Positions 59,870 through 64,000 of a stretch of DNA of 64,000 nucleotides are shown in pieces (positions within the stretch are counted from its first letter, which is position 1; every line of letters starts with the position of its first letter). The stretch is from Macrostomum lignano (Eukaryota): positions 1 to 64,000 of the forward strand of contig NIVC01001754.1 of NCBI GenBank assembly GCA_002269645.1. The letters run 5' to 3'. The position numbers were made by a program, and so were the translations under genes. The notes beneath the pieces were generated by a model that was not told where the DNA came from, searched no databases, and saw only the letters and a list, made by a program, of their open reading frames with translations.

Positions 59870-60265
59870 CTTCAGAATTCTCAGGTCCCTGTCCCATCTC
59901 ACCTCTATACAATATCACCTCACGGAGATACTCCAGAATTCTCAGGTCCCTATACAATATCACCTCACGTAGATACTCCAGAATTCTCAGGTCCCTATAC
60001 AATATCACCTCACAGAGATACTCCAGTATTATCAGGTCCCTATACAATATCACCTCACAGAGATACTCCAGAATTCTCAGGTCCCTATACAATATCACCT
60101 CACGTAGATACTCCAGAATTCTCAGGTCCCTATACAATATCACCTCACAGAGATACTCCAGTATTATCAGGTCCCTATACAATATCACCTCACAGAGATA
60201 CTCCAGTATTATCAGGTCCTTATGCGATCTCATCTCACGGAGACACTCCAGAATTCTCCCATGTC
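59870..60265 (+). repeat. 45-bp minisatellite (CTCCAGAATTCTCAGGTCCCTATACAATATCACCTCAC..AGATA)n, about 8 copies
   Basis: Read directly; variants GAATTC/GTATTA and CGTAG/CAGAG recur in a 135-bp higher-order pattern. Confidence 0.92.
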
Positions 60266-61387
60266 GCTTCCTCAGTCTCATACAACTCTCAGACAAGAAC
60301 TTGATTCACTGCTCAACTAATATTTAAAGGCGATAAGAGAGCCCGAACTGCGAGAGCCCACTCCAGTTACATTTAGCTCTTAAGAGCTTAGTAAAGCAAT
60401 TGAGCAATTTAAATTGCTGACCTCGTGTGACCCCAGTGTTACTCAAAAATAGCTATTTAGCTGGGCTTAGTGCGTTGGTTCTAATTCCCAGCTTGGAGGT
60501 AGATTGCAATCGTGTTTCTTCGAAGTTGTTTTTAGCGCGCTACGTTTTGAGCGAAAGAAAGTACATTAGAGTAGAAGCTAACACTGTATATGCCTAGTCT
60601 TACTTGCAGTCACGACCAGCCTTCGTTAGCGAAGACAAAGTTAAGGAAGTTGATTTGGGTTGAAGAGCCTGCAGCCTCTGCTAAAGGGGGTCCTCGAAGT
60701 ATGCACGCATCTCCTTTAGCTGGGATTTGAAGATCCTCTTGAAGCTTCATCCTCATCAGTTTGACCGATGAGGATGAAGGGAAAATTAAGGAAGCAAAGC
60801 TATCCAAAGGGAAGTCACCAAAGCAGGCCAGCAACCAGATCTTCACTTACCTTGTATCGAGCTGCAGTTAGTAGGTAGGGTTACTGACTTAGGAATTAGA
60901 ATAAATTCGGTGTGTACGAAATGAGTTCTGAACTGCCCTGACATCGGCCTGGGTATTTATGCTCCAGTTATTCACTCTGTCACTGTACGCCTATTTTTAT
61001 CTGGCCAATCCCGTTCGTGCAGAAATCCCACTGACTGAGTCATTTGTAGGATCGACCCAGTGCCAAAGCTCTCTTCCAGACAACGGGAGTTGGGATATGA
61101 GCTGCCGGAGAGGGAGAATATTACATGTAGGATGCAGCAGCAAGTCTGGAGGGGATAAAAGGTATTAGGATAAGGGGGGACGCTTTTAGCTAGCGTTCCC
61201 AACTCAGCTGAGTTGCCTTTGATGATCTTCAACAGTGCGCATGGACTGGATTAGCAGTTTTTTTTATTTGCTTCCCTGAATTCCCGACAGCTGAGTTGAC
61301 CTTTGCTGCCCTGATGCTTGCTGACAATGCCTGACGCGGAGTTAACTCTGTTGACAGGTGTCTGAGCTAATAAGCTCGGAAAAGTAC

Positions 61388-64000
61388 TCAGTCTAGTCTC
61401 AGTGTCTGGTCTCAGTGTCTGGTCTCAGTGTCCAGTCTCAGTGTCTGGTCTCAGTGTCCAGTCTTAGTGTCTGGTCTCAGTGTCCAGTCTCAGTGTCTGG
61501 TCTCAGTGTCCAGTCTCAGTGTCTGATCTCAGTGTCTGGTCTCAGTGTCTGGTCTCAGTGTCCAGTCTCAGTGTCCAGTCTCAGTGTCTGGTCTCAGTGT
61601 CTGGTCTCAGTGTCTGGTCTCAGTGTCCAGTCTCAGTGTCCAGTCTCAGTGTCTGGTCTCAGTGTCTGGTCTCAGTGTCTGGTCTCAGTGTCTGGTCTCA
61701 GTGTCTGATCTCAGTGTCTGGTCTCAGTGTCTGATCTCAGTGTCTGATCTCAGTGTCTGATCTCAGTGTCTGGTCTCAGTGTCCAGTCTCAGTGTCCAGT
61801 CTCAGTGTCCAGTCTCAGTGTCTGGTCTCAGTGTCTGGTCTCAGTGTCTGGTCTCAGTGTCTGGTCTCAGTGTCTGGTCTCAGTGTCTGATCTCAGTGTC
61901 CAGTGTCTGGTCTCAGTGTCTGGTCTCAGTGTCTGGTCTCAGTATCTGGTCTCAGTGTCTGGTCTCAGTGTCTGATCTCAGTGTCCAGTGTCTGTGACTC
62001 AGTGTCTGGTCTCAGTGTCCAGTCTCAGTGTCTGGTCTCAGTGTCTGGTCTCAGTGTCTGGTCTCAGTGTCCAGTCTCAGTGTCTGGTCTCAGTGTCTGG
62101 TCTCAGTGTCTGGTCTCAGTGTCTGATCTCAGTGTCTGGTCTCAGTGTCTGATCTCAGTGTCTGGTCTCAGTGTCCAGTCTCAGTGTCCAGTCTCAGTGT
62201 CCAGTCTCAGTGTCCAGTCTCAGTGTCCAGTCTCAGTGTCTGTGTCTCAGTGTCTGGTCTCAGTGTCCAGTCTCAGTGTCCAGTCTCAGTGTCTGTGACT
62301 CAGTGTCTGGTCTCAGTGTCTGGTCTCAGTGTCTGGTCTCAGTGTCTGGTCTCAGTGTCCAGTCTCAGTGTCCAGTCTCAGTGTCTGGTCTCAGTGTCCA
62401 GTCTGAGTGTCCAGTCTCAGTGTCCAGTCTCAGTGTCCAGTCTCAGTGTCCAGTCTCAGTGTCTGATCTCAGTGTCTGGTCTCAGTGTCTGTGTCTCAGT
62501 GTCCAGTCTGAGTGTCCAGTCTCAGTGTCTAGTCTCAGTGTCCAGTCTCAGTGTCTGGTCTCAGTGTCTGGTCTCAGTGTCCAGTCTCAGTGTCTGGTCT
62601 CAGTGTCCAGTCTCAGTGTCCAGTCTCAGTGTCTGGTCTCAGTGTCTGGTCTCAGTGTCCAGTCTCAGTGTCTGGTCTCAGTGTCCAGTCTCAGTGTCCA
62701 GTCTCAGTGTCTGGTCTCAGTGTCCAGTCTCAGTATCTGGTCTCAGTGTCCAGTCTCAATGTCCAGTCTCAGTGTCCAGTCTCAGTGTCCAGTCTCAGTG
62801 TCCAGTCTCAGTGTCCAGTCTCAGTGTCCAGTCTCAGTGTCCAGTCTCAGTGTCCAGTCTCAGTGTCCAGTCTCAGTGTCCAGTCTCAGTGTCCAGTCTC
62901 AGTGTCCAGTCTCAGTGTCCAGTCTCAGTGTCTGGTCACAGTGTCCAGTCTCAGTGTCCAGTCTCAGTGTCCAGTCTCAGTGTCCAGTCTCAGTGTCCAG
63001 TCTCAGTGTCTGGTCTCAGTGTCCAGTCTCAGTGTCCAGTCTCAGTGTCCAGTCTCAGTGTCTGGTCTCAGTGTCTGTGACTCAGTGTCTAGTCTCAGTA
63101 TCTGTGACTCAGTGTCTAGTCTCAGTGTCCAGTCTCAGTGTCTGGTCTCAGTGTCTGGTCTCAGTGTCTGGTCTCAGTGTCTGGTCTTAGTGTCTGTGTC
63201 TCAGTGTCTGGTCTCAGTGTCCAGTCTCAATGTCCAGTCTCAGTGTCCAGTCTTAGTATCTGGTCTCAGTGTCTGGTCTCAGTGTCCAGTCTCAGTGTCT
63301 GTGACTCAGTGTCTAGTCTCAGTGTCTGTGACTCAGTGTCTAGTCTCAGTGTCCAGTCTCAGTGTCCAGTCTCAGTGTCTGGTCTCAGTGTCTGGTCTCA
63401 GTGTCTGGTCTTAGTGTCTGTGTCTCAGTGTCTGGTCTCAGTGTCCAGTCTCAGTGTCCAGTCTCAGTGTCCAGTCTCAGTGTCTGGTCTCAGTGTCTGG
63501 TCTCAGTGTCCAGTCTCAGTGTCTGGTCTCAGTGTCCAGTCTCAGTGTCTGTGTCTCAGTGTCTGGTCTCAGTGTCCAGTCTCAGTGTCCAGTCTCAGTG
63601 TCTGGTCTCAGTGTCCAGTCTCAGTGTCCAGTCTCAGTGTCCAGTCTCAGTGTCTGGTCTCAGTGTCCAGTCTCAGTGTCCAGTCTCAGTGTCCAGTCTC
63701 AGTGTCTGGTCTCAGTGTCCAGTCTTAGTGTCTGGTCTCAGTGTCCAGTCTCAGTGTCTGGTCTCAGTGTCCAGTCTCAGTGTCTGATCTCAGTGTCTGG
63801 TCTCAGTGTCTGGTCTCAGTGTCCAGTCTCAGTGTCCAGTCTCAGTGTCTGGTCTCAGTGTCTGGTCTCAGTGTCTGGTCTCAGTGTCCAGTCTCAGTGT
63901 CCAGTCTCAGTGTCTGGTCTCAGTGTCTGGTCTCAGTGTCTGGTCTCAGTGTCTGGTCTCAGTGTCTGATCTCAGTGTCTGGTCTCAGTGTCTGATCTCA
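61388..64000 (+). repeat. 13-bp satellite (CAGTGTC[TG/CA]GTCT)n, about 200 copies, runs off the window end
   Basis: Read directly; two dominant variants CAGTGTCTGGTCT and CAGTGTCCAGTCT. Confidence 0.98.

Overview
Intron-rich, microsatellite-rich animal genomic DNA. The style (GC-rich exons, AT-rich introns filled with tandem repeats) suggests a free-living flatworm such as Macrostomum, but this is inference only. From left to right the window holds: (1) the 5' part of a DCAF5-like WD40 gene (minus strand) with two 1-bp frameshifts; (2) a Tc1/mariner remnant and a truncated DIRS/Ngaro-type retroelement; (3) a head-to-head pair of HELZ2-like genes (7477-14412 minus, 16490-25212 plus), each fusing an RNase II/RNB exoribonuclease with an intact catalytic motif to a single UPF1-like SF1B helicase; (4) a complete 19-exon SPAG17/PF6 ciliary central-apparatus gene (minus) with an RFX X-box; (5) an orphan ORF; (6) a 4-exon RGK-family GTPase (minus); (7) a long 13-bp satellite running to the window end. 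The most notable system is the inverted HELZ2-like pair. The nuclease and helicase catalytic cores are nearly identical at DNA level, while OB-fold/linker regions and most introns are strongly diverged. This patchwork points to gene conversion between palindrome arms in a putative antiviral/anti-transposon RNA-decay locus. One copy also carries a 2.2-kb solo-LTR-like insertion with an antisense-oriented promoter. All exon models were read by eye from GT-AG sites and phase arithmetic, and protein family calls come from remembered motifs, not database searches.
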